Source: Psilocybe cubensis
Taxonomy: Eukaryota
Direction of reading: 5' to 3'
NCBI GenBank assembly: GCA_017499595.2
Contig: CM039007.1
Span: 744,001 to 808,000 of the forward strand
DNA length: 64,000 bases
Part shown: piece by piece, positions 13,106 to 26,665 of the stretch
Layout of the letters: every line of letters begins with the position of its first letter
Position numbering within the stretch: the stretch's first letter is position 1
Notes under the pieces: generated by a model
What the model was told of the DNA's origin: nothing
What the model saw: only the letters and a program-made list of their open reading frames with translations
The model's database searches: none
Program-made: the position numbers and the translations under genes

Positions 13106-13825
13106 TCTGCGTATAGACTACAACAAATCAACCTCCGCGTGATCGTGGTGCTCAAATCACAGTGGGTCACAGACGACCTGTGTGCTTAAAAAGCTAAGGA
13201 ACCCCTCTTTGGTGTACAATATCCCCAAAGAAAAGGGTGGCCGGATAGCCTGCCAAGGACCACTGTTGTTCTAAATGCCCATATACCGGCATATTCTTAT
13301 TTTAAGCTTCGTCTATCAGCAAGAATCCAAGCTGCAAAAATCTCACATTGATTACAGACTTTCCCACTCTCATGTCTTAAATTATAGCTCCGAGTCACTG
13401 GGTCCAATATAGCGACCGCTTGCGTAAAGGACAAAACTTGTATACAATCTGGCAAGAGGTTGTGATGGTCATACTGGTTATACCGGTCATAATACAGGCG
13501 ACATTGGAAAAAAAAAAACCAAGTCAGAGACCCGTGAAGTTGGGATCTAAGTTTAGAATGCAAACCATCGTTCGTAGCGTGATTTAAATAATATACACCA
13601 GCTTGCGAAATCGGCCCACATTCACATTGGGAACCTCAGGCTCTAACCTGATAAACATTTGGGGATCAAAGTTTGGGACAAATTTGTATTATCGTGAATC
13701 CTCCTATACTATATAAAGTTCTCTCTTAACTATCAGAGAGTTATTCAGCCTTGCTACAGACCAAGTTCTTGACTCGCCAGGAACGCAATTGTGTATCCGT
13801 ATAGTACTAGCACCGTGTCTACACA

Positions 13826-14860
13826 ATGACTCTCGAACAGAATGACATTTCAATTCGTAGAAGGTAAAATCCTATATTAAAATCAACATTTGTATACGCT
13901 AAATCGCTCTTTATTGTTTTCCCTACACAGACTCGGGAAAGCCTTAGAACAGGCTGTCAAATTTCTTGTAGATAAGCTATCGAGGATCCATTCCATTGGC
14001 CTAATTGACATAACGCGCCACATCTACTCTGCTCCTCGAGAGGATGCGGAAAACACCAATATGAGTGAGGTGCGTAGTGGACTGATCTCTATTTGTTCTT
14101 CAATATACTAACTATTAAACTCAGCAAGTGACAATACTGGAGTCATGGACAACGTCTGTGACGCGGATGGTTTCAGTTTGGAAATACATGTGTTTGCCAG
14201 GATGTGGATTTTTCCTAACGTAAGTCGCTGATGACCGCTGCGCGGTGGACAGTAATATATAACCCCATATGTCAATCAACTAAACAATCATTCAATCACT
14301 TACCACAATTTCCTAGGACTTCCATTGGATTCTTTCAAATCTCGGGGATCAATGGAAACATCTATGCACGAACGGCTGTAACATCAACTATCATCTCCGC
14401 AGCGCTTGGCGTGGCAGTATCGTCTCTGTATGCGTACTTTCATGCACTGTTTCTCAATCCCACAGTTGCGCAATGCTGGTTGAAGGTAAGTAAATATACC
14501 ACACGCACAACAACAACGGTATATCAACCCTAATACCGTCGACGCAGGCGTCCGAATGCATTTACACTCAACAATCAAACGCCTTTTTTGTCCTACTGAC
14601 TCTTCCATTATCACTGCTTGCCTGGTAGGCTCTTTAATCCATTATCTCCAAATACCAATTTTCTAACGTACACCCATATCAGGTCGACCGCATTTGCCAT
14701 AGCCACATTCTACACCTGCATATTCACCGACCCAAACGTAACCTACACACCAAACACATCCAAAACCATCGTCTCTGCAACCTACCTGTGCTCGCTGAGC
14801 ATCTTTCACGCCGTCACAATTTTCAGTTCCGCGAGACACTTTTATCTTATCACTATTTAA
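13826..14860 (+). CDS. Uncharacterised multi-pass membrane protein, family copy 3 (most divergent)
   Basis: Spliced model MTLEQNDISIRR|LGKALEQ...|...WKYMCLPGCGFFLT|TSIGFFQISGINGNIYARTA...|...LTLPLSLLAW|...IFTDPNVTYTPNTSKT... Confidence 0.7.
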
Positions 14861-15766
14861 GTTCTGCTTTGGCACAGATACTCCATTAGGTTTGCAAATG
14901 TAGACCTAAACCGTTTCTCTCGTACCCGACAATAAAGCAGGAAATTATTAGTAGACCTTGCTGTACTAAATCTAATCCAATCCCTTCTTTTCAGTTGTAT
15001 CCTTGTATACTCCTCCATGATAGCACTGTTCTCGGAAAATTCTGTATAAATGTGTCCCATCTGTAATTTATTTCCACAAAACCATTTTCTACAGATCACA
15101 AGGGCGTTAGGGTTGTATCAGAAGTAGTCTTTGTTCCACCAGCTTTGAAAGTTGACGTGTTAACGTCCTACAGATTAGTTTTACCCTAGACAGTCAGGAG
15201 ACAGGGTTGGATTTCTGTTTAGGTCAGACAAAACAGGTATTCTGATTATCATCATATTATAAATTTCAAAATTAAAACAACCCAACAAAAGGAGACACAA
15301 AGACCTTTTGATATCAGAAGCGTGTAAGATATCTGATGGAGCGGTACGGATATATGTTATGAAGTGATAAGAATACCATTCGGAACAAATCTTGCGCCCA
15401 TCATCGGCGCTTGCCAAAATTCTTGCTAGAGGGGCGGTGCCTGGCCATTACCTCCCCTTCTATTTTTACCCTGTATATGATTCCAAATTCTGCTCTCCAC
15501 CTCTTGCTCTCCACACTCCCCCTCGTTGCAACGTTCCCATTTTTGTATAACTCCCAACACCAACTTTCAGATATATTTAACTTTCGTGCTGCCGCTACAG
15601 CACGTTTTCGCAAAAACACCGAATTTCAACTTTCCTGCAGGACGTGTGGATACCTCGTCAACGAGGCGTGCAAACTGTAAATCAGCTCAAAGGAAAGCTT
15701 GGCAAAGTTAAAAGTTGTGTATCCCTGTTCCTTCAACACAATGTCTAATATTTAAAAGCAGCAACT

Positions 15767-16767
15767 ATGACTCGGACAACGCCATCCACCGCCAGAGGTG
15801 CTGGAACTACATGCATTAATGCTACTCGCTTCTGCCAAATGGGAGCAAGATTGAGCAACATTGTATGCAAAGTACACTGCTTTGGGATGCTTCATTTCGC
15901 ATATTACTATTTCATTCAAAGACACGGAGGGCCACCATCGAGCTCTTCCAGATCACCTACTGATAGAGCTGTGAGAATCATGTATTTCATATTTATTGAT
16001 ATTGTATTAATTGATATATTTCCAGAATATTAATGTAGGGAGCGGAACACGCTTGGAGAATCGGATGGTTTTATTATGGAAGAGAATGTGTCTTCCTGGG
16101 TGTGCTGGTATCCTCACGTAAGTGACTTTTACCTTGCTACGCTACAGTATGCTGGATTGACGTGTGTATCCATTAGAACATCTTTTGGAATGTTTCAAAT
16201 GGCTGGTGTCAGTGCCAACATATACACGCGGACAGTAGTGATTTCCGCCATTGTTTCTTCAACAATTGGTGTAATCGTGTCTGCCGCCTACTTGTTACTA
16301 GAGACGCCTGTGGTCGATTTCAATTCAATCAAGGAATCACCCGAAGTATGTCCACCTAATTCCAATATCGATGATTGTCTATTCACTATTGATTGGCGCT
16401 TTTCTCATAGGCTCTCGAGCCTCACAGTAGCGTGGAAGCCACCGATACCATGATGATATTGACATTGCCGTTGTGCATGTTCGCTTGGTACAGTCCATAT
16501 TTATTTAAATATCTTTGGAAGTATGTTTAATAACTCCATAGGTCCTCCATTTTCTGGATTCTAGGATTTTTCATCATCTTCTTTACCGATCCGAATCAAC
16601 TTTACAGTCCCAACCAGACAAAAACTAATGTCTGTGCCGTTCTGCTATGCATATTGGTCATTTTTCATGTTGTTCCACTTGTATCTTCTGCAATCAGAAT
16701 CAGGCGTCAGAAAAATAGTAACAGAATGGTGGAAGGCTCTCCAAGTCACCCTAACTATATACCATGA
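15767..16767 (+). CDS. Uncharacterised multi-pass membrane protein, family copy 4 (start 15767 or 15839)
   Basis: Spliced model ...MGARLSNIVCKVHCFG...|...WKRMCLPGCAGILT|TSFGMFQMAGVSANIYTRT...|...LTLPLCMFAW|SSIFWILGFFIIFFTDPNQ...HPNYIP*, with about four hydrophobic segments. Confidence 0.75.
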
Positions 16768-17207
16768 TAGATAGAGTTCTCGGTAGCCGTACTTGCTCCA
16801 AGTTGAAAGACGGACAAAGAAATGTTTGGGCCTCGAGGCAGTGTAAACTCAGTCTGGTCGCAGTTTATGTACGCAATCACATTGCCGCTTATTATTTATT
16901 ATCTTTCACCTTAATTAGTTCCTGGGTAATGTCAGTGATGTTGCCACGGACAAGAGACAGACGAAGCGCATTCTGAATCAACTTTTATTTGATCGTTCGC
17001 ACAGAATTTAGACATGTATCACCAAGTTTGCATCGATGGATGCGTCTGAGCTACGAAGCTACCAGGGTACCATTCTGTAGACGTTTATGGCTCCTGTCGC
17101 GTCGCGTCACGTATGCTGGGCAAATCACGTGACACGACTGAAGAACGAAGATAAAACTTCTGTAAGCACATGTACACGTCCTCTCGGCGTAAATCAGAAC
17201 AGCAGGG

Positions 17208-19823
17208 CTATACAAAATACGGCATATTGCTCTGAAGGAACAAAAAAGCAGAGAAAAATCAAGTCAGCGAAAACTCACAGAGTAGAAATTCACGGAACAA
17301 TGATCTAATTGTAAAAACAAAAACACTCACCCCACCTCTCCGCGCACCAAACCCGCCACCCATACCCATTCCGCCACCCATACCTCCAAGTCCCCCAGCG
17401 CCCATCGCGTCTCGCTCGTTCTCTGCCGCCGCTTCGAACACCTCGAACGTCTGCCCGCCGTCATCGCGCACCGTCATAATCCCCGCCATGTTCCCGCAGC
17501 GGTAGCAGTAGTTCGGCGCAGACCATACGGTGACGAGCTGCTTGTCGAACATGTACTTGTACCCTTCTTGCACGAGCTGGTGCGCGCGCGCGATAAGAGA
17601 GAGCGCGTTCACGTGGTTGAACTGGTTTGTTTGATGTGTGTGTACATGTGGTGTTGAGGAGGTAGGATGTGCGTAGACGTCCCAGATCATGAAGGGTACC
17701 AGATATACGGAGGATGTGGAAACCATTAATGAGCGACCATGTATGGTGTGCGACGCGGATGGACGCGTTGGGCGATAAATCAAAGACGTACCTCTTTGAC
17801 CACACTGCCACCAAAAAGCCACCCTGCCCCTCGCGGACTCACAGCCCAGTTCTCAATGTCGTCCGGATCTGACCACATCAGATCTATATATATGTGGTGT
17901 GGATAATTTGAATCAGTAATTAACGCGTCAGTTTTTCGTCATTTGCAAGGCAATGAAAGGAGAGAGAAGAAACGAATGAGAGACGATGTCGAGAACAGAA
18001 GCCAAATTGAATCCGGGATCTGCAGCATTAAATTACGGCGGCATGCCCCAGCATCAACTGATTCCCACCTGGTCCATCGCAAACTAGGCCCGATGACCAG
18101 TATAAAAGACACCAGAACTTCATATCCCATCCAAAATCCATGCCATCTTTGAAGAACGCATTGGCACTTGTCATTGCCCTCCAAAAACAGATCCAAACTC
18201 AAAAGAAAAACCCAGAAAAAAGGAAAACAGAGAAGAGAAGAAACCCTCATCACAGCAAAATCAAGAATGAAAACGTACCGCAAAAAGCACCTTCATGCGG
18301 AATCTCCTGCGCGCGCGAGAGCGTCCGGATCGAGTCAAGCGTTCGAATGTCGGGTGACAGGCCTCCGTGCACGCATAGTGTGTGCCCATCGATTATCTGG
18401 GAGGTGGTAGGAAACGGAGTGGAAGTTGGTGCAATGTAATAAGACACCGGGAGGAGTCAAGTGGAATGAATGTATTGTCCCAGAGTGTGGTGCATGTGGG
18501 CGATGTGAGATAGGTTGGTGTATCGACACAGAAAAGAGGTAGGAAGAGAAGATGGGTCGAAGTGACGTTGATCCAGAGATATAGGAGATGCGATAAATGA
18601 AGGTCAACGTTGATCCACGGAGGAAAAGCCAAAAATGTGGAAAAACAAGGTTGGTTCAAGGTGTGCATTGCGACGATATCGATAAAGAGAGGGAGCATTG
18701 AGAGAAGGTTGAATAAGGGAATATTGAAAGCAAAGGGACGAGTCAGTGCATACGATTCAGAGACATAAGCATGGTAATACACACGGCAGCAAGATTTAGG
18801 AAATCGAACACGCCACAACATGTCTTCCATACTGTCGCACTACCGTACTTCTGTTGGCACTCGTCTGTTCCGGATATTCGTTCGTAGTCGAAGTGGCCGT
18901 ATTATAAGGGGTTTGGCAAAGATCGAGATGGGATGTTGAAATGAGAGATGAGAGTGTGTTAGCCGTTTCTTATCGCAATAGTGGATGTAATTGTGATGGA
19001 TAGAAAACGAGGATGAGATACGAACAAGAAGAGAAAGGAACGGGTAGAGAAACAATGAATCATGAAAACTCGAAAACGAACCATAGAAACCGTATACCTG
19101 CGTAATCTGACGGCTTTCGTGGTTCCCGCGTAGGAGGGTTACTCGATCGGGATACCTGGGTTGGGGTAAGGGGAATGGATGAATCAGGTCGTTGCCGGCG
19201 AAGTCACAGAGTAGAGTAGGAATGCGATGTAGTCGGAAGATATAAGGCACGAAGAGGGAATTGGAAAAGCAGGGATAAGAAAGGTCGAGGCACGGACGCA
19301 CCTCGCTTTTAACGCGAATAGAAGGGAAACTGTCTCTAGGCTGTAATGGCCTCTATCCACGAAGTCGCCCTATATCATCGATCCCAAGTAAAAATAATCA
19401 ACAAGGCGTCAAACCCAACAGACTGTTTTTTCCCGTCGGGGGAACCGCGACCCACATCTCGAACCCACGTCAAACCAGAACCCAACCATCGAAACCAAGC
19501 ATCATGTGGAAGCAGAAAGACAAGGAGAGAGAGTAGCACATACATACCATAAAGATGTAACTCGTCCCGGGGACATCCCCACCCTTCCTCAACAACTCTA
19601 AGAGATCCCAAAACTGGCCATGAATATCACCGCATATCGTGACGGGTGACGAGACGGGTTGGATATTGCTCTCTTCCAGTAGGATGTTCCGTACCATCGC
19701 GCAGAGTTTTTTCATGTCAGGTTCAGAGAGGTGTGTGCAAGTCTTTAGCTGGGCAATCCATCTGTCTGGGTCTGAAATGCTTGAAGATGAGGGCGAGGAT
19801 GGGGATGAGGCGGATGTGGACAT
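17208..19823 (-). CDS. SIT4: Ser/Thr protein phosphatase, PP2A-like family, SIT4/Ppe1/PP6 type
   Basis: [118 protein letters not shown]. The last exon reads SNMPYFV*. Confidence 0.9.
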
Positions 19824-20849
19824 AGAGACAGAATAATCGAGCAGAAATGGGTGTATTGGTATACGAATCGATCAATAGGAACTTCTAGGCTATGGCTATG
19901 TGGGATAGATAGCAGATATGTTGGAGAGTTGAGTGAATTGGTGAGTGAGTGCAAGCATGACTGTCGGAACTGATTATGGCAAACCGAAGACCATGGCGTG
20001 GGAATATTTTATTCATTTTCGACTCCCGTTGACTTCTTTCAAGTATTTAAAGGGGTTTCTCTACATTCAGCACGAAATCGTATGCCATGACAGACTGCAT
20101 CATTTTAAGCCCTCTATCGAAAGAAGTGTGGTTTTTTAACATGCCTAATTCATTGAACTTCCAATTGGGAACACTTGACAGCGGCGCAGAGGCAGTGTCG
20201 TCCGAGTACGGGTCTATTGGTTCGAGATACTTTAAAACCTTGAAAAAAGCAGAAGATGAATATCAAGACTTAAAATATGTAATAAATGTCATCCAATTTG
20301 TCTTCTTCAAAGGTTGACTAAGGATGCTAGCTACTAGCAGCACTTCAATCTCATGGAGAGCAGCAAATTCTTCGGTATCGATGTGTACAGTCCCAAGTCT
20401 GTTAATTCCCAAGCTTCTTATGTATTAAGCTGAACTATAATCAGCTTTTACTCTGTTGCTAACTCAAACAGTACTGATCTGCTTGTTTCTAAAATTCAAT
20501 TGTTACTATTTAATTTCCCTTTATTTTTCCATCCGCTCCGGACTTTTTCCAATAAGTTGCTTGAGCACACGTATTTGGAGTATTTACCTGCCTCACGAGG
20601 TTGTATCTGTTATACTCTCAATGGTTTTACGTGGCATGCATAGATTGGGGCAGCAGTCCGCGCGATGTGCCAGGTTGGTGCCAGGTAGAAATCAAAAGCG
20701 TGAGAATATTCACAGGACGCGTTTGCAATACGATGATGTGTCCTGCTCGCTGCTGGTAACACGACGACAGCGCTTCCTCATTCCACCCACATTCTACGAA
20801 CTAATCAACCTGCGCAAGGCTAGCACCGCAGGGTCCGCTCATATCCAAA

Positions 20850-23800
20850 ATGCGGCTCTTGGCAGCCATCTCCCCCCTCATCACTCTTTCCGGTTTACTA
20901 CAACTATCACACCTCACTCAGTCGGTTTATGCGCTACACGAATCGGACGTCGGCGTCGTTGACTGGCATAAACATCTTATCGGTGTACCTCATTCGAATG
21001 CACCTGTCACCGCACCTTCCTTTGTTGATGTCGACCTCGACGAGACGGAAACAGGCACTGCAATCAAGGCGAATGGAACGAAGACTGTAATCGTCACTAC
21101 AACCGGAAATAATGTCCTTGCAGTGCTCGACCCGGAAGACGGCGCTGTCCGTGCGTACAATGTTTTTATAGTTAATCGATGCTACTGAGACATATATGCT
21201 TACTTTATTGTTCTGTGGACAGTATGGAGGCACATATTCGACGCGGAAGACCGGGTAGCGGGATACTACAAGAGCAGCACCAGTACGTTTCTTGCTCAAT
21301 CTTTCTTCATAACTCGTATTCACGTATCATATCGCTCTTTCTTTATTCCCTTTAACCAATCTACTATAGCACTCGCGACACTATCTGGACCCGGTGGCTC
21401 AACATTGCGCACCTTCTCCCTACTCACCGGCTCTCTCCTCCTTGAAAAGAGGCTACACCACCCAGCCAATGGCGCGCTCTTGGAACCAGCACATCTCGGA
21501 AAACAGGTTGTGTTCAGTCGTGAAGGAAATGATTCTAATGGAAATCAGAAAGACGTATTGTACGTCCTCACCAATGGCTGCGAAGTACGAAAGCTCGACG
21601 CCCAGAGCGGGAAGGAGATGTGGGCATGGAAGTCGCCTGATCAGGGGTACGCACTGTTCCCTATTTGTTTTCCTTTATCTCATCTTCGCTCTCCTCGTTC
21701 CATACCTTCGTAACGTTCATTTGTAGATCCTTAACAATCTACTCCGACATCCTCATCTCCCCGTCCTCCCAGCATATACACTTGATAGGCCTCTCATCAT
21801 CCACAGCCTCATTTACACTTCACACCACCGCCCTCTCAATCTCCTCCGGAGAAGTTATCGAGAACCTCAGCGGAGGCGTGCCAAGCTCAATATCAGACCC
21901 TCTCACTCAATTTTTCGTCGTCCGTGCCAGCGCAACATCCAAAGATACCGGGAAACCGGTGATTCTATGGTTATCGAAATCCACACTGTATTACCTCCCC
22001 CTCCCTTCAACCTCCTCCAGCAAGCAATTCAAACCCCGCCCACAGGCTCTCAAGAACTCGGGTTCTGCGGGATTGGAGAAACTTGTCGACGTCGGGTTAG
22101 GTAAAGAAGGTCATGTTGTGGTGGGTAGGAGTGATGGCAGCTCTTTGGTTCTGAGAGTCGCGGAACAGGGTGAAGAAGAAGTTGTTGCGGAAAGTGTATG
22201 GGAATTTGAGGGATCGGTGCGCCTGTTTTGCTAAACGCTCATCTCTGTAATTCTGGCTAACGCGTTTTCGCCCGTTCCTGCCTTTGTTTAATCCGACCCG
22301 CTGCATTGACATACATATTGCCAACCTCTCGCTCTTACGACACACCCGTTATCACTCTCGATCTAACCCATTTTCAATTCATCTTGATGGTTATTTCCTC
22401 GTTGAAATGGCGCATAGGCGACAACTCCAACACAAGCTGAGTCTATGTACGCAGGTGGTCTGGACGCGCGCGGTGCACCCGCTGTGGGAAGGGTGTGGTG
22501 GGATCATGCTGTTCAGGTGCGTCATTGGTTTCATTTCTTGACTTTCCGGTATTTTCGTATTTCTCCGCGTTATGCTTCGCTGGTTCCGTGCACACCATTT
22601 TACCCAGTATATGCACTTTTTCACTTCCGAGCGCGAGAACTTGCGTTTCTCCGAGCGTTTATGACATATTTCCATCTATGTCTATTCAATTCCCAGGATA
22701 TTCCCTGGCTTTTAGATGACTGACGACATTCCCTCTCACAGAAAGCGTCAGCAGACGTATACACCGTCCAATCCGAGGCGTCCACACAGCAAGCGCCACG
22801 TCCTTTTGCGTTTGCGTTTGATACCCAATCCCATGGTGTATTGAGCCACGTAGGTGTTTTTCCTTTGAATCAACGTGATTTCGCGTTCTGATCCATATTC
22901 GAATACGCTCTAGGTCGCCCTCGACGGTCCGCGCGATGCATCGTCTACGCACGCCAGGATCCTCATTACCACCACCACTGGTGCCGTACAGCTTTGGTCT
23001 GCGCCCTCTTCTTTAGAATTGGAACCTGTGTTGCATTGGACGCGTGAGGAGGGCCTAGCTGCTACGGTCGTCGCTGAGTTTGTTGAGCTACCGGAGGGAG
23101 GAAAAGGCGCTGATATAATCGCGAGGGAGAGCGAGGAAGGGTTCCTAGGGAGGTTGAGTAGGCAGATTGTTGACGCGCAGGTGTGTTTTGGGTTTTTTTT
23201 TTGTGATTTTCTCGAGAAAGTTTGGATGAGCCGGCGGCTTACCATATCTACCTTTGATATCCACGTCCCAACTGACTAGCTGACTGACTGGGCCGATTAA
23301 CTAGGGTTTCCCAAATTATGTTGCAAACTTCATCAAACGATTCACTTCCTCTCCAGCTCCAGCCGCTGCCACCGTCGTTATCGACTACCGCGCGCTCTCC
23401 AACGCCGCAACACCTCCATCAAACGATTCCACTACCACTTTAGCCCGCGACGCGTTTGGCCACCGGCAACTAATCATCACTGCCACCCTATTCGGAAAGG
23501 TATATGCTATCGATACTTCAACAGGCGCTATGGTTTGGAGCAGAGTGCTCGGGATGGGATGGGTCGGTCGAGCGGGTATGGGTGGGAGAGTGATTCCGGT
23601 GAAGTTGTTTGTGATCAGGGCTGTTGGAGATGAGGCTGTCACGAGTGAGGGCGACGCCGGAGATGTAAAGGGAGACCCGGAGGTTGTGCTTGTCGGGCAA
23701 AGGAGGGCAGATAATGTGAGTTTGAGGTTCAATTTTTCGCGAATTTTAGGGTTTAATCTCATGCTGGGATATAACTAGTCCCTTGTTGACACTGTTATAT

Positions 23801-25543
23801 TTCACATAAATGCGCTCACAGGCGAAGATGCGCTCCCTTCCTCGAAGAAGAGTGCTTCGGATATCTTGGCTGAGCTTGGGGTCGAATCTGAAGGCGAAGG
23901 TGAAGAGGTCGAGAAAGAGAAAGAGAAGGAGGAGAAAAAAGACGATCAAGATAATGGAGGCATTCTTGAAGGACAGGATATCGTTGCTGGACCAGTGGTC
24001 GAAGTATACATACTGAATGCGGAGGGAAGAAAGATTATCGTACTATTGGACGAGTTTTTGCAGGTCCGTTTCACTCCACCTTCCTTCGATCTTCCCTTGA
24101 TTTTATTTCAACGACCTGGTTACTCTCGTTTTTATAGGCATACATCTATCCCTCTAACCCAACCGCTGAGTCTGTGTTCGCTCGCGCCCTCCCAAGTCTA
24201 TCTTTCCCACTTCGCGCACACGTCGAGTCGCGGCACCGTATCGTCGGTCACAAGCTCGGGCTTCCACCAAAAGACCAGTCCCACTTCAAGCCAACCGCAT
24301 ACCCAACATGGGCAATTTCTCTTCCAGCGGGCGAAGAGATTCAGGCGCTCCTCCCACAGGCACCGACGATGGGCCACGCCAAGGGCTCGGGCGTCGCAAG
24401 CGTAGGCAAAGTGTTAGGATCGCGCAAGACCCTGTACAAGTATTTGGACGAACGACTATTCGTGGTCAAAACTGTGGCGAGGAAGAACAAGGTTGACGAG
24501 GAAGGTAATGCGAAAACGGATGTCATGTGTGGCATATATGTCGTGGATAGTGCGAAGGGTACCATTGTGTACCATGCGGAAGTAAAAGCTTCGCCTCCCG
24601 TGCCATCGTCGGACGCACCGGGCACACCGGGTGCGGGCGCAGGCACTGTGAGAGGGGGAGGTTGTGATATCAAAACGAACCTCGTGGAGAATTGGCTGGT
24701 GTATCATTATTATGAGGCGGAGGTTGCTGGTGGGAGTGTGGGCGGAGCGAAAGGATATCGTATGGTCAGTGTGGAGTTCTATGAAGGACAAAAGGCGGAT
24801 GATAAAATTATGAGGTGCGTTGTTATTTCTTTTGTTTTGTCTGATGGTGGTTAATTGACACATATACGCGCAGTTCGAGTATCTCGGCATATTCGAATGA
24901 TACGCTCAACTACTCTGTGTATGAGCAGGCATATGTGTTCCCGTCCGCTATCACGGCTCTGGCCACAACTACGACCAAGTTTGGTATAACTAGCAAGGAT
25001 CTCATCGGTAAGCTCCTCTAACCAATACAAATGGGTTACATATTATTCAAGTTTTTGCATGTTCTGTTTTTGCAGTTGCCACAGCGAACAGGAAGATCCA
25101 GTCATTCCCTAGGCGGATCTTTGATCCTCGGCGCCCATCGCGCAAGATGACAGCTGAAGATCAGGAAGAGCTCCTCATCCAGTACGACCCTCTGATCCCC
25201 AACGATCCGAAGAGGGCGCTATCCCATAACTACGACGTAAGTCATTATTTCTTACAGTCCAGGTCTGTTGTTAACTTCTGTTTTTGAATCTCTCGATGAC
25301 CAGGTTGCAAACGTGCAAAAAATTATCACCGCTCCTGCTCTTCTCGAGTCGACTTCGCTCGTCTTCGCATACGGCCTCGACATGTTCCTCACGCGCGTGA
25401 CACCGTCCAACACGTTCGACGTTTTGAGCGAGAGCTTTAACAAGGTGCAGCTTGTGCTTACAGTTACGGGTCTGTTGGTCGCGATCTTGGTGACGAGACC
25501 GATGGTGAAGAGGAAGAGCTTGAGGGAGAAATGGTATAATTAA
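20850..25543 (+). CDS. EMC1: ER membrane protein complex subunit 1
   Basis: Signal peptide followed by ALHESDVGVVDWHK; HWTREEGLA; RDAFGHRQLII; GKVLGSRKTLYKYL; ENWLVYHY; PALLESTSLVFAYGLDMFLTRVTPSNTFDVLSESFNKVQL and a C-terminal TM helix. Confidence 0.92.
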
Positions 25544-25817
25544 ATAATTTATGTAGGATGGATACTAAAAGAATGGATGGTTCTTTGGAATCTGACCATA
25601 GCAAACCCTCAGCCTTCAAGCGGGAAAATGGAATGAGATACGCGTTATTTGGTAAACAACCCCACCAGTACTGAGCGCTAGCCTTGACATGCTCATAAAG
25701 AAAGGACACAAATTTATGCATAGAAAAGCTAGATGAACGTTACGACTGCCGATGCAACATTGAGTAATATATACGTCGTCTACATCGAGTGTTAGATTTT
25801 TAGCTCTCCGGCTAGGA

Positions 25818-26665
25818 TTACAGGAATATTTCGCGTGTTCGGGTTATTTGAACTCCGGAGGATTGTGCAAAGCTAAGAGCGCTGGGTTTTTGGGCTCGAG
25901 CAGTTACGCCCGCAACTTTGTCGGATGAGAGACAGCAGAACCGGACAATTTCCATTACGAATTTCTCGAGGGTGAGATAGGACGTAGGTTCAATTTCCTG
26001 AGGCATATTGTTAGGAAGGGCTGCAAAAGAGATACAAATGTACTACAAACCTTGCAAAGGCCCGAGACGATCTGCTTGTAATCGGGGGATTTCACCTGAG
26101 ACAGTTCCGTGTTTTCGTGAAAGGTAATGTTAATAATAACGCGTTGCTTTTCTTCTCGTTCCGGAGGATTGACGCCGATAATGACTGGGAGGACGATATC
26201 GTTCACAGAAACATTCTTCGATGACATAAAATGAGGTGGGCCTTTGGCGATCGTTGTGTCTACAGAGAAGCCGCTGGCAAGGAGAATCATCTTCGGCACA
26301 CCCAGAACCACCCTGACTTCGGAAGCTGCATCGCCAGCCAGATCGAACGCGCGCTCGCTGACAGCCTGTATCAGATCATCGGCATCTGCAAACCCGCTGC
26401 TTCTCTCCCCTGCCTCCTCTTCGGACGACCGTTCCTTGATGAGGGTGCTGATTGTCTTGGTGAGATGGCCGTAGTGCACAGAGTCGAGGACGTTGTCTGT
26501 TTTGCCTGAGGTTTGGAGGTAGGATTCTTCTAGGTGGAGGTATACTGTGATTTCAATGGGCTGTGCTCGTGCTTTGCCCCACCAGTCCCGGCCGATGTTG
26601 GCTGATACGCGGAGAGTATCGACAAACACGACGTCGGTGCTCGAAGGAAGATCAAGGGGTGCCAT
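25818..26665 (-). CDS. Dihydroneopterin aldolase (two FolB-like domains), one intron
   Basis: DVVFVDTLRV...IGRDWW, TDNVLDSVHYG; second domain VIIGVNPPEREEKQRV...DY, SYLTLEK, KPSALSFAQSSGVQITR. Confidence 0.85.
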
